Source: Thermoproteota archaeon
Lineage (GTDB): Archaea; Korarchaeota; Korarchaeia; Korarchaeales; Korarchaeaceae
DNA: 61,089 nt
Reading direction: 5' to 3'
NCBI GenBank assembly: GCA_027491415.1
Contig: JAOZFH010000013.1
Location: forward strand, 1-61,089
Shown in pieces: positions 25,866 through 36,194 of the stretch (the stretch's first letter is position 1; each line of letters starts with the position of its first letter). The position numbers and the translations under genes were made by a program. The notes beneath the pieces were generated by a model, which was not told the DNA's origin, made no database searches, and saw nothing but the letters and a program-made list of their open reading frames with translations.

Positions 25866-28800
25866 TCAGACCCCCTCACTCGATACTGCCATCTGGAAGC
25901 CCACCTCTCTCTCGGTGAGGACACCTCTGGAGACCATCTCCTCGACAAACTCCCTCGGGGTCTTCACGTCGAGGGAAACCTCGGCGCCGGCCTCCCTCAG
26001 GGCCTCTCTTGAGGATATCAGCGACCTGGCGTTCATGGCCATGGCCATCGCGAGGGACTCGGCCTCGTCCCGGTCAACGCCAAGGCTCTCGGCCAACTCC
26101 CTGACGATTCTTGCGGTCCCAGCCTCGGCGGTAACATCCTGAACCTTCAGCACGCCTGTGGATAACAGACGCCCAACGCTCGCCCCCACGGTCGGATCAG
26201 AGAGCAGGATTGATGCGGTCCTCCTGGGTGTGTATATCCTCCACGCCCTAGAGACCCCGTCCTCGCCCAGCGATAGAATCAGGCTCTTCAGGGACTCCCT
26301 GTCGACAACCACGGGCCTGCTCCTGATCGGAAGGAACGCCAGGATGATCAACATCCCTGAGAGTGCTGTGGGGATTATAGACGAGCAGCACTCCGCCCCC
26401 TTCCCCCCGACGAGGACTCTGTTGCATCCGGCGTCGTTCACGGTGACGGTGTAGGCTATCCTGACTGTCCCCCCGGGACCCAGGCTCAGGTTGAGGATGA
26501 GCCTCCCCGACTCCACCCTCGCCTCGGCGGGGCCCCCCACCTCGATGCTGTCCGGATTCAGGACCCACCCCTCGGGGAGCAGGTCCACGAGCTCACCTGA
26601 GAAGGTCCCGTTCCCCCTGTTCACAACTGTAACGACTATTCTGGCCGTGTCCCCGCTCTTCACCTCATTGGGGCAGGCCTTGGACACCTCTATGAGCGGG
26701 ACGTAGGTTGGCCTCACGTAGACCAGCGCGGTGGCGTTGGACTCGTCGGCCGCCGCCACGTTGACCATGTCACCCTCCAGCAACGTGACCTTTGCCTCCA
26801 GCGTGAGGTTTACGCACTCCCCGGGGGCCAGAGGACCCACCCTCCAGTCAGTCTGTCCGAGCGGCTGGAGGCCTTCCGGCAGGAGATCGACCACGTGGAC
26901 CTCCTCAGAAGGCGCGTTGCCAACGTTGCAGACGGTTATGCGGAATCTCACAACTTGCCCTCTCCTGGCCACTACCGGGTCGGCGACCTTTCCAACGTAC
27001 ATCAGCGGCCTGGGCTGGGTCTGATTGCCAGGGGAGACCGACGGCGGCTGGGTGGGTGGGGGAGTTGGGGAACTCGGCGGCGGGGGCGGCGGAGTGGTGG
27101 TCGGGGGCTGCTGCGGGGTCGGGGGCGGCACGGCGAGTAACACGTCGGAGTCTCCGACGGGGCCGCAGGAGCATGTCCAGTTCACCTCACCCCTGTTCCT
27201 CATGTATCCGAGCCCGGAGACCTCAACGGCGAACTCCAGGGTGAGATGCTCGCCGGGGTCGAGCGACTGGGTGGTCCTCCAGATGAGCTCCCTACCCACC
27301 CTCACAGGGTCTGGGGCCGAGACCCCCCCGATCCTGGTGGATCCGGGGACGTATCGCACGCTGTCTGGCATCAGGTCCCTGAAGGTCAGGTTCAAGGCCG
27401 TCGCGTTTCCTTGATTGGTCACCATGAGGTACACCCTGACCCTCGAACCCTGGGTCACAACCGAGGATCCGAAGGTCTTCCTGAGTCGAAGCGTCGCGTA
27501 AGATGCGGAGAGCTTCGCGCTGGCCGTGCTCGAGCTCCGTCCCCCGGCCCCGTCCTCGCCATAGCCGGTGACCCAGTTCACGCACCCGCCGGTCCCGCAG
27601 GCCGCCCTAACGGTGAAGTTCACCTTTATGGCCTCGCCGGGGTTCAGCGTCAAGCCCAGATTCCAGATCAGCGTGTTGCCCGAGATGGTTGGATCAGGCG
27701 TGGAGATTACCTCTCCAGTCGAGCCGTTCACCACCACCGTCGTGTTGGGGACGTACTCGAGTCCCTCGGGAAGGTCGTCCACTATCGTGACGTTGTACAT
27801 GTGACCGAGGCCCCTGTTCCAGAAGGTCACGCTCACCGCGACCTCGGAGCACTCCGTCGTCTCGGCAGGAACGAACTCCTTCGCGATCTCTGGGACCGGG
27901 GACCTCACAACTTCGATTCCGCAGGAGTCGCCGTCTAGGTACTCCGCGCCCGTCTCCGGGTTGGCCTCCCTCCCGCATGAATCGAGATACGCGAGGGTCG
28001 CGTTCACATAAGCCCTCGCGCGGTCCGGCGTGAGGGCCCTTATCGTGACGGTGAAGTCCCTCTCCTCCGTCTCACCGGGCTGCATGTCGTCCAGGGTCCA
28101 CGTTATCCTGTGCAGTGCGGGATCGTAGCTCCCTCCCTCCGAGCCAACGTAATCCACGAAATCGGGTAGGTCAACCCAGTAGGTGAGGTTGTGCGCGGTG
28201 CCCCCGTCGGGTAGGCTCTGCAGCCTGACCGTGAAGTTCAGCAGGTCTCCGGGCTCGGGGGAGATCGGGCAGCCCCCGGAGTGTGACACGAGCGAGATAG
28301 AGACGTTCGGGTAGAGGAGCCCCACCTCGGCCGAGTCGGCCACTCGCTCGCACGTGAACCCCCCGCACCCCCAGCTGACCTCTACGTAGTCCCTCATGAC
28401 CTGGCAGCCGGTGGCGTTGGCCCTGATCAGTACCGCGAAGCTCTCGCCCGGGCCGAGGGAGGGAACGCTCCACACCACTCGATTCGGGGAGGAGCTGACC
28501 CTCACGTCGGACCTGTTGTCGTAGGAGTACTCCATGCCCGTGAGTATGTCGGTGACGTTGACGTCCCTGGCCGTCCCGTTTCCGCCGTTCGAGACCACTA
28601 TCGTCCACTCAGCCAGGTCTCCCCAGTCTCTCCTCTGCTGGAGAGGCTCCTTGGAGACGTTTACTGCCGGGATGAGGACCTGCAGGGGGCCAACAGGATC
28701 GGAGTCGGAGAGAAACTCGCCGCAGGCGCCGTACCAGCTGCCTCGGGCCTCGAAGGTCCCGCCGGGCGCGGAGCAGCAGCCGGCGCTCAGGAGGAACTCG

Positions 28801-31800
28801 ACGTTTATGGACTCTCCCGGCTCCACTTTCACACCAGACAGCTCCCACAGCAGCTCGACGGTCCCTCCGGCGGCCGAGACCAAAGGGTCGACGTGGAGGA
28901 CGGTGCCGTTCGGGAGCGTGACGTTTGCGGAGCCATTCACGTAGGAGGCGCAGGACGACTGCGGGAACCTGTACGCAAGCCTGACCGGCATGGAGGAGTT
29001 GAACCCGTAGGCCGCCCCGTCCCCGGTGTTCGTGACGGTGAAGTTCACACTCTCGACCGCGCACCTCTCCAGCCTCCCGTCGAAGCCGTTGGCCACGTCT
29101 ATCCCGGCCACAGCCCTCTCAACGCTCACCCAGGACTGGACCTCGTTTCCTGAGCAGAATACGCCGTCGCAGCCCCACCTGAAGCTGGCGGCGTTGCTAT
29201 ACTGGAGCGGGCAGCCGGTGGCGTTTGCCCTCACGCGAATGTCCAGGCTCTCCCCCGGCTCGAGCGGGTCCGCGACTAGGCTGATGTTCCACGTTATCAC
29301 CCCGTCCGATAAGGAGGTGGGGGTCACGTTGGCTCCAGCGAACTCCAGGCCGCCCCCGAGGGAGTCGGTGATTGTGACGAAGTAGGCCGCCCCGTCCCCC
29401 GTGTTCGTGACGGTCAGGTCCCACACGAGTTCTCCCCACCTGTCGACCCTCCCGGCGGGGGCCACCAGGACCTTCTGGCTATTCGAGAGGTCGGGCCTCA
29501 TGTCCGAAGCGGAGAATACCGTGATGTTGGTGTAGTTTTGGCTGCACGCATCCCAGTAAGTGAAGTTGACAACCTCCCTCGTGGGGGCCAGGCTGCAGTT
29601 GGCGTGCACCCTAAAGCTCAGGGAAACGTCCGCCCCCATCGGGACGGCCACGTCCTTCAGAGTCCATATGATCGTCCTGTGCGACCCGCCCTGCACTCCG
29701 GTGAAGTTGCTGGGAACGTTGGCGTAGGACGGCCCGCCCGATACGGAGATGTTTGCGCTGACGTTGCCGTCTGGCAGCACGTCGATCGGTTCAAGACCGA
29801 ATGGAAGCGTTTCATTGAACGAAATTCCATACATGGTTGCCCCGTTGTTGTGTACTGTGATCGTGATCGTCTTGTTTCCACAGACCTCAAAGCTCCTCGG
29901 ACTCTTGTCTATGGCGGAGGGCAGCCCGCAGGCCAGCACCTCGGCCTCGGCCGACGCCGGTTCGGAGCATGCAGGCCCGCACCCCCAGTAGGCTGCGACC
30001 GTGTCGGTGGCGTTTGGAGGAGGACACTCGACGAGCCTTGCCCTCAGATCAACCGCGAAGGCCTCTCCAGGATCGAGGGAGATGTTCGTCCACGTCAGAT
30101 CGGTGTGGCTCCCCGGCACCACCTCAGTCGCGTTGGGCGGCGGGTCCGCGTCGACGTACTCGAACCTCGAGTTCAGGCGGTCCACCAAGGTCACGTTGGG
30201 GGCGGTGGCGTTCCCCACGTTGGACACCCTGAGGGTCCAGGTCACGGTCTGATTGATGTCGGCGTACTGGCTCTCGGGCTCCTTGGTAACTCGGAGGACT
30301 GGGACGAGCACCTCGTCCCTCCCGGACCTGCTCCCGTCTCTGTCCTCTCCGCAGGAGTTCACGAACCCGTCGGTCTGAATCGTGTGGTCTGCCCTAGCGA
30401 GTGTGCAGTCTGGGGAGGTGACGTTGTAGCTGACCTCGAAGTAATCTCCGGGATCGAGCCTCCACGTGTCGTTGATGACGTACCACCGAATCCCCCCTCC
30501 CGAAGGCTCCTCGACCCACACGTACGCGGTGACGCCCGGGGGCGGGGGATCCATGTACGCGTAGACGGGGAGGTACGTGTCCGTGCCCTCCGAACTGTCG
30601 TGGAACCGGACGACCGTGTTCTCCTCGAGCGGGGTGGCCGCCTGCACCCCCGTGGCCAGCGTTTCGCTGACCACCAGCTGCCCGTCCGGAACGCGCAGGG
30701 GAAGGCAGGGGTCGGGATTCCTGATCCTGAACCTCCAGGTGGCCTGCCCGCAGGCCTCAGCCGTGTCGTCGAGTATTCGGACGCTTATTCGGCTCGGGTT
30801 GCTGCGGAGGTATGAGGTGCCGTTGTACCACTCCTCCTCGTACACGCAGCCCTCGCAGCCGTCCCGCACCCCGACGTGGAGGTAGGCCCTGCTGGCGCAG
30901 TCCACCACATCGGCGGTGATGGAGATGCTCAGGGAGCCCCCGGGTGGGATGTCGTCGAGAGATCCGCCCTCGGAGGTTGGGCGCCACTCCAGCACCCTCC
31001 CCGTGACGGCGTCCGGATCCGGCGTTGCCGAGACGTAGGATGCGGCGGGGGGGAGTTCTACCGTGACGCCCACGTTTCTGGCGTCGGAGTCACCCACGTT
31101 GACCACATCCACGTTCCAGACTATCCGGTCTCCCCTCTCACCGCAAACCCTAGGGTCGGCCTGCACCGTGAGGTCCGGCCTCCTTAGCGCGTAGTCGGCG
31201 GAACCGGACGTCAGGATCTCCGCGGCCTGCTCCGCGCAGGGCTTGTCGTAGGTGACCCTCATGGTCGAGCGCCCTCCCCCGTCGCTGCACGGGCAGCTCG
31301 CGATCGCTCCGAACGTGATGTTGACCTCCTCCTCCCTCTGGAGTGTGGAGAACGCCGTACCGGAGAGGTCCCAGACCACCCACCTCAGTGCCGGGTCCAC
31401 CTGGGCTGGAGACAGGGGAGTCGAGTAGGTGGAGTTGAACGCCCTCGCCGTGGCCGATGAGTTGTAGTAGAAGCAGGGGGGGAGGGTGTAGTTCACCGTG
31501 ACGTTGTAGACGTCGATCGGGCCGACGTTCTTCACCACGGCGGTCACGTTGGCACCGCCGCACAGGTCCACGGGGTTCGGCTCCAGGTCGTCGGTCGCGT
31601 ACAGCTCGCCATCCGGGACGACTACGTCTGAGTCGTCCCACACGACCTGACAGGGCTGGGAGCAGCAGCCCCACGATGCGTTCACCAGGTCGGTCAGGCC
31701 CGAGCAGGCCACCATCTTGGCGCGGAGCGTGATGTTCACCATGTCTCCGGGGTCGAGGGTCCCGTTCGTTAAGGTGACGGTCCTCCCGTCGGCCGAGACC

Positions 31801-34460
31801 GTCGTGAGCCAGCCCGCGGGGGTCGTGCTGGCGCTGTACCTGAGCCCGCCCCCGAGGTGGTCGACCACCGTGACGTTTCTCGCGGTTCCATTGCCAGAGT
31901 TGTAGAGCCAGATCCTCCACTCGACCGTCTGGGAGACCGCGTAGATCCTCTCGGGCTCCTTGTAGATCACCAGGTATGGCCTGAGCGTGGGCTGACCGCC
32001 GCTGGTGTAGACCTCATGCCAGACGCACTGACACTGCGGCTCACACGCGCCCACGGCCTGACACTTGTCCGAGTAATCTAGGGTGGACCTGTAAACGTAT
32101 CCGGACCTTACCGGGCAGCACGGGGTCACGTTGTAGTAGATCGTGAACCCAGTGTCGACCACCGAGAGCTGGGGGACGTTTGTGACGTTCCAGATCAGCA
32201 GGTCCCCCTGGAGGATTGGGTCAACCCCGGTCAGGACAGTCCCGTTGTCGAACTCCACCACGGAGGGGCCCAGGAACTCAAGTCCAGAGGGAACCTCGCT
32301 CGTGACGGTCAGGTTGTACCCGGGCGAGGACGCGGTGGCCCCAGAGACCCTGACCCTCCTCTCCTCAAGCCCGCAGACGTCCGTGTACGGTGGGCGAGAC
32401 TCCGATATCCCCAGGTGGGGCCTCCCGACCTCCACGTATGCGGCCCACCTCTCCTCCCCCCCGCAACCCAGGTTCGTCCCGTCAGAGGCCGTGGCGTTGA
32501 GGGAGAGCCCCATCCTGTCGTGGAGGTACCCGCCAGCCGTGCACCTCACCCTCACCGGGTAGGATATCTCCAGCGTGTCCCCGGGGCTAGTCACGAAGTT
32601 CAGCTCGCTCAGGTTCCAGTAGATGCACGCGCTCGTCTGGAGGTAGGGCTCCAGCGTGACCTCCGTCCCGTTGGGGAGGGTGACCCTGGTTGGCCCAACG
32701 TAGGTCTCCTCGAGGTCGCCCGTCTCCGCGGCGCAGTGGGAGAACGTGACGTTGGAGAGAGTGGAGTTCATGCCGTCCACGTTGAACGTCACGCGGGTCG
32801 TGTACTCCAGCGGGTCGCACGCCTCCACGGAGGAAGAGTTGGCCTCGCCCCTCACGAGGAAGCAGTCCGTCTCGTTCGAGCAGGTGAGCCTGATCGAGTG
32901 GGAGTCGGAGGACGAGGTAGAGCAGCTGGCGCAGCATGTGAGCTCCACATCCGCGGAGTTCGCGCCCCAGTCGCCGCACGACGAGCCCTCGGATCTCTGG
33001 ACGGTGACGTTGATCGTGACGTTCTGAGCCCTCAGGTCCCACGAGATCACTCCACCCGCCGTCGAGTTGGGCTGAGGCTCCGCAGACACGAGGCTCAGGT
33101 GTTCGGGCAGCCTGTCAGTGACCCTGATCCTCGGGGACGGGCATGGGTCCGCCCCGTAGACGTGGACGGTCAGGGTGTAGTTTGACGCCGAGGAGTTGAG
33201 GACCTCGTGGGGGCCGTCCTTCGCGACGGATACTGACGGGGAGGAGGTGGGGATCTGGAAGAAGTCCACGCCCGCCCTCCAGGGCTTGTTGCACTGATCC
33301 TTGTACGTTGGAAGGAACACCACCGTGCCAGACCCGCTCGCGCCGCAGTCGGCCGTGACGTTGAACGAAATGCGCTTGAGGCCGCCGGCAGGGAGGTCTC
33401 CCAGGTGAAAGGTCAGCTCGCTGCCGCGAACATCCGGTTGAGGGGACCCGGTACCCGAGACGTAGTTCAGTCCGCTCGGCAGCCTCAGCGTCACGTTGAG
33501 GGACCTGGCCGCCCCATCCCCCACGTTCTCAACGGCGACCACCACCTCGGACTCCTCGCAGGGTGTGACCGGCGACGGGGCCACCGACTGACCGGCCATC
33601 AAGATCCTCGGAGTCTTGGGTTCGAGTATTATTGAGGCCACGGCCCAGTCGCCGTGGCACTGGCCAGAGCAGGTGACGTAGGCGCTTGCGTTGTCGACCA
33701 GGCCCTCGCACCCGTCCACGGACGCCGCCAGGGTGACCTCGAAGACCTCCCCAACCGCGAGGGAGATGTTGGTCCAGTACATCCTGCCGTCCGTAGTGAA
33801 ACCGTCGGGGTCCGGGACCGCCCCAAGGTACCCAAGGGAGCTGCCGAGCCGGTCCACGAGCGTGACGTTTACCGCCCGGACGAAGCCCACGTTCTTCACT
33901 CGGAGCTTCCACTGGACGACGTCGCCCACCTCCGCCTCCTGGGTGATTGGCGTCTTCTCCACGATTAGCGCGGGTCTGAGGACTTGGAAGGGGTCGGACT
34001 CGTCCGAGGAGGCGTAGGTGTTCCCCTCCTCGTCCTCGTACGTGACCGCCGCCCTGAGGTACGGGCTATCGGGAGAGGAGCAGCTGGATGAGAGGTTGAA
34101 CCCAACTGTGAGATGCTCCCCGGGCTCCAGAGGGTCGAACCCGACGTTGGATAGGTTCCAGATCAGCTCTCCCCCGGAGACCGTCGGATCGACCTGCGTG
34201 CCATTAACGTACCCCGTTCCCCACACGTAGGAGACGCCGACCGGCTGGGTCACCGCGACCACGACGTTCGTGGCGTTTCCATCCCCCGTGTTCGAGAGCC
34301 TCACAGTGAAGTTGGCGGGGATGCACTCGCCCACCTTGTCGGGAGCGAGGGCGGAGATCTCGACGTTGGGCGCAGGCCCCTGGGACTGGATTACCGACAG
34401 GGAGGGCAGCTGAGTCAAGATCAAGGTCAGGGCAGCCAGGGCCCTGAGCCGGTAATCCAA
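25866..34460 (-). CDS. Giant (2864 aa) DUF11/Ig-like repeat surface protein with TM anchor and C-terminal PIN-like domain
   Basis: Signal peptide. Many V.N.G...A.NV.v.D.LP.GL.Y repeats, abundant Cys and NxS/T sequons. Pro/Thr linker at about 27020-27130, TM at about 26325-26385, then VVVDRESL...VDRDEAESLAMA...LISS. Confidence 0.88.
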   Translation of the reverse strand: MDYRLRALAALTLILTQLPSLSVIQSQGPAPNVEISALAPDKVGECIPANFTVRLSNTGDGNATNVVVAVTQPVGVSYVWGTGYVNGTQVDPTVSGGELIWNLSNVGFDPLEPGEHLTVGFNLSSSCSSPDSPYLRAAVTYEDEEGNTYASSDESDPFQVLRPALIVEKTPITQEAEVGDVVQWKLRVKNVGFVRAVNVTLVDRLGSSLGYLGAVPDPDGFTTDGRMYWTNISLAVGEVFEVTLAASVDGCEGLVDNASAYVTCSGQCHGDWAVASIILEPKTPRILMAGQSVAPSPVTPCEESEVVVAVENVGDGAARSLNVTLRLPSGLNYVSGTGSPQPDVRGSELTFHLGDLPAGGLKRISFNVTADCGASGSGTVVFLPTYKDQCNKPWRAGVDFFQIPTSSPSVSVAKDGPHEVLNSSASNYTLTVHVYGADPCPSPRIRVTDRLPEHLSLVSAEPQPNSTAGGVISWDLRAQNVTINVTVQRSEGSSCGDWGANSADVELTCCASCSTSSSDSHSIRLTCSNETDCFLVRGEANSSSVEACDPLEYTTRVTFNVDGMNSTLSNVTFSHCAAETGDLEETYVGPTRVTLPNGTEVTLEPYLQTSACIYWNLSELNFVTSPGDTLEISYPVRVRCTAGGYLHDRMGLSLNATASDGTNLGCGGEERWAAYVEVGRPHLGISESRPPYTDVCGLEERRVRVSGATASSPGYNLTVTSEVPSGLEFLGPSVVEFDNGTVLTGVDPILQGDLLIWNVTNVPQLSVVDTGFTIYYNVTPCCPVRSGYVYRSTLDYSDKCQAVGACEPQCQCVWHEVYTSGGQPTLRPYLVIYKEPERIYAVSQTVEWRIWLYNSGNGTARNVTVVDHLGGGLRYSASTTPAGWLTTVSADGRTVTLTNGTLDPGDMVNITLRAKMVACSGLTDLVNASWGCCSQPCQVVWDDSDVVVPDGELYATDDLEPNPVDLCGGANVTAVVKNVGPIDVYNVTVNYTLPPCFYYNSSATARAFNSTYSTPLSPAQVDPALRWVVWDLSGTAFSTLQREEEVNITFGAIASCPCSDGGGRSTMRVTYDKPCAEQAAEILTSGSADYALRRPDLTVQADPRVCGERGDRIVWNVDVVNVGDSDARNVGVTVELPPAASYVSATPDPDAVTGRVLEWRPTSEGGSLDDIPPGGSLSISITADVVDCASRAYLHVGVRDGCEGCVYEEEWYNGTSYLRSNPSRISVRILDDTAEACGQATWRFRIRNPDPCLPLRVPDGQLVVSETLATGVQAATPLEENTVVRFHDSSEGTDTYLPVYAYMDPPPPGVTAYVWVEEPSGGGIRWYVINDTWRLDPGDYFEVSYNVTSPDCTLARADHTIQTDGFVNSCGEDRDGSRSGRDEVLVPVLRVTKEPESQYADINQTVTWTLRVSNVGNATAPNVTLVDRLNSRFEYVDADPPPNATEVVPGSHTDLTWTNISLDPGEAFAVDLRARLVECPPPNATDTVAAYWGCGPACSEPASAEAEVLACGLPSAIDKSPRSFEVCGNKTITITVHNNGATMYGISFNETLPFGLEPIDVLPDGNVSANISVSGGPSYANVPSNFTGVQGGSHRTIIWTLKDVAVPMGADVSLSFRVHANCSLAPTREVVNFTYWDACSQNYTNITVFSASDMRPDLSNSQKVLVAPAGRVDRWGELVWDLTVTNTGDGAAYFVTITDSLGGGLEFAGANVTPTSLSDGVITWNISLVADPLEPGESLDIRVRANATGCPLQYSNAASFRWGCDGVFCSGNEVQSWVSVERAVAGIDVANGFDGRLERCAVESVNFTVTNTGDGAAYGFNSSMPVRLAYRFPQSSCASYVNGSANVTLPNGTVLHVDPLVSAAGGTVELLWELSGVKVEPGESINVEFLLSAGCCSAPGGTFEARGSWYGACGEFLSDSDPVGPLQVLIPAVNVSKEPLQQRRDWGDLAEWTIVVSNGGNGTARDVNVTDILTGMEYSYDNRSDVRVSSSPNRVVWSVPSLGPGESFAVLIRANATGCQVMRDYVEVSWGCGGFTCERVADSAEVGLLYPNVSISLVSHSGGCPISPEPGDLLNFTVRLQSLPDGGTAHNLTYWVDLPDFVDYVGSEGGSYDPALHRITWTLDDMQPGETEERDFTVTIRALTPDRARAYVNATLAYLDSCGREANPETGAEYLDGDSCGIEVVRSPVPEIAKEFVPAETTECSEVAVSVTFWNRGLGHMYNVTIVDDLPEGLEYVPNTTVVVNGSTGEVISTPDPTISGNTLIWNLGLTLNPGEAIKVNFTVRAACGTGGCVNWVTGYGEDGAGGRSSSTASAKLSASYATLRLRKTFGSSVVTQGSRVRVYLMVTNQGNATALNLTFRDLMPDSVRYVPGSTRIGGVSAPDPVRVGRELIWRTTQSLDPGEHLTLEFAVEVSGLGYMRNRGEVNWTCSCGPVGDSDVLLAVPPPTPQQPPTTTPPPPPPSSPTPPPTQPPSVSPGNQTQPRPLMYVGKVADPVVARRGQVVRFRITVCNVGNAPSEEVHVVDLLPEGLQPLGQTDWRVGPLAPGECVNLTLEAKVTLLEGDMVNVAAADESNATALVYVRPTYVPLIEVSKACPNEVKSGDTARIVVTVVNRGNGTFSGELVDLLPEGWVLNPDSIEVGGPAEARVESGRLILNLSLGPGGTVRIAYTVTVNDAGCNRVLVGGKGAECCSSIIPTALSGMLIILAFLPIRSRPVVVDRESLKSLILSLGEDGVSRAWRIYTPRRTASILLSDPTVGASVGRLLSTGVLKVQDVTAEAGTARIVRELAESLGVDRDEAESLAMAMAMNARSLISSREALREAGAEVSLDVKTPREFVEEMVSRGVLTEREVGFQMAVSSEGV

Positions 34461-34463
34461 GGA

Positions 34464-34946
34464 TCAGACCTCCTGGCCGAGGTACATCCTCAGGACCCCC
34501 TCCAGGTCCCCCCGGAGGTTCGAGTCGCTGGCCCTCGACAGGACCCTCGACAGAGCCTCTCCAAGAACCCTTTCGTCTGGGTGTCTCGCTACGGCCTCCT
34601 CCACGGCGGCGCGGAGTTCGGAGGGAGTCTTGCACGTGGCCAAGGCTTCCTCGACCTCGTCGGCCAACGTGACCCACTCCCCCAGCCGGGGGTCCACCAC
34701 GAGGAGGTACAGCCCCGCGCCCACGAGGGCCGACCCCGCGGCCCCGACGAGGAGGTAGGCCGTCCCGAGACCCAACACTATCCAAGACAAGAGCGTGAGG
34801 AAAACCCCGACGGCGACCAAGGCGGCCCCCATGAAGCGATACCGCCTCGCAGTCTCCCGGATTTCCTCCAACCTCTTAAGGAGGATCCGCTTGCGCTCCG
34901 CCTGGAGGAGCGCGGCCTCCTGCCCCTTAGACGATATCAATATCAC
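34464..34946 (-). CDS. Two-TM membrane protein with helical cytoplasmic tail
   Basis: Two hydrophobic helices. Stop codon 3 nt before the start of the giant gene. Confidence 0.65.
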   Translation of the reverse strand: MILISSKGQEAALLQAERKRILLKRLEEIRETARRYRFMGAALVAVGVFLTLLSWIVLGLGTAYLLVGAAGSALVGAGLYLLVVDPRLGEWVTLADEVEEALATCKTPSELRAAVEEAVARHPDERVLGEALSRVLSRASDSNLRGDLEGVLRMYLGQEV

Positions 34947-35197
34947 CCCAGAGCCGGGTTCGACGACTCTACCTCCTACTTAATAAAACTGATCCACCTC
35001 AGCGCTGATCCGTTAACTCCGCTGACTCAATTGGGGGCTGCCGAGACGGGCCTTCACGTGGCGGGGGATTCTCCTGCAGGTTGCGATTCGCTCTCCGGCC
35101 CACCGAGCCTCCACCCGCTCCGTGAGGTAGGCCGCGGCGAGTGCGGCGGGGGGCTATCCTTATCTCCCCGCAGGGTCTCGAGAGTCGGGTGAGCGGG

Positions 35198-36154
35198 ATG
35201 GGCAGCAGGAGGGGAATCGCGGTCTTTCTCGCAGTTCTGATCCTCGGCGTGACCATCAGCTACGCCCTCCCCAGGTTCATTCCCAGGTTTTCCCTGACCA
35301 AGAGAGTCGCCCTCCTCGAGCTGTCCGGCGTGATCTCATACGGCGACTCAGCCTCGCTCCTAGGGGGAGGGAGAATCACCCCAGATGGCGTCAGGGAGAT
35401 GGTCGACATCGTGAGGGGTGACCCCTCGTTCGCGGCCGTCGTCCTGGTGATAAACAGCCCCGGCGGCAGCGCCGCGGCCTCAGAGGAGATCTACGGGATC
35501 CTCAGTGGGCTCTCCAGAGACCTTCCGGTCGTGGCCTACATAGGGGAGTACGGGGCCTCCGGGGGGTACTACGTGGCCCTGGCCGCGGACGAGATAGTGG
35601 CCTCCCCCGCCGCCCTGACCGGGTCCGTGGGGGCCGTCTCGATACTGCTCAACTACGCCGGCCTGGCGGAGAAGCTCGGCGTCAAGGGGGAGACATTCAA
35701 GAGCGGGGAGCTCAAGGACGTGGGGAACCCCTGGAGGGAGATGACCGCCGAGGAGCGGGCGCTGATGCAGTCCCTCATCGACTCCTCGGCCGAGCTCTTC
35801 AGGCAGAGGGTCTGGGAGATCAGGGGGAGCAAAATCAGAGACTGGGAGGGGGTGATCACGGCCAGGCCGTACACCGGAACCCAGGCGCTCGAGGTCGGCC
35901 TGGTGGACAGGGTCGGAACGCTCGACGACGCCGTCAATCTAGCGAGGCAGATGGCGGGCCTGCCGAAGGACGCCCCGGCCGAGGTGGTTAGGCCGCCGGC
36001 TCCTGGGTTACTCGACCTCCTGCTGGGCGGGACACCCTCGGGGGTGAGGAGGGTGAAACTCAGCTACGAGCTGCTCTGGATGTGGCCGCTGCCTTCCGGG
36101 CTGGAGGAGCTGGCCGTTGGCCCGTCGCGCCTGGCGGCCCCCGTGGGCGGGTAG
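35198..36154 (+). CDS. sppA: Signal peptide peptidase SppA (S49)
   Basis: INSPGGS, GASGGYYVALAADEIVA, TGSVG, FKSGELKD, ALEVGLVD. Confidence 0.93.
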   Translation: MGSRRGIAVFLAVLILGVTISYALPRFIPRFSLTKRVALLELSGVISYGDSASLLGGGRITPDGVREMVDIVRGDPSFAAVVLVINSPGGSAAASEEIYGILSGLSRDLPVVAYIGEYGASGGYYVALAADEIVASPAALTGSVGAVSILLNYAGLAEKLGVKGETFKSGELKDVGNPWREMTAEERALMQSLIDSSAELFRQRVWEIRGSKIRDWEGVITARPYTGTQALEVGLVDRVGTLDDAVNLARQMAGLPKDAPAEVVRPPAPGLLDLLLGGTPSGVRRVKLSYELLWMWPLPSGLEELAVGPSRLAAPVGG

Positions 36155-36194
36155 CGGGGGCAGAGTTTAATTCTCCCCTCCCGCCCACCGGCGC

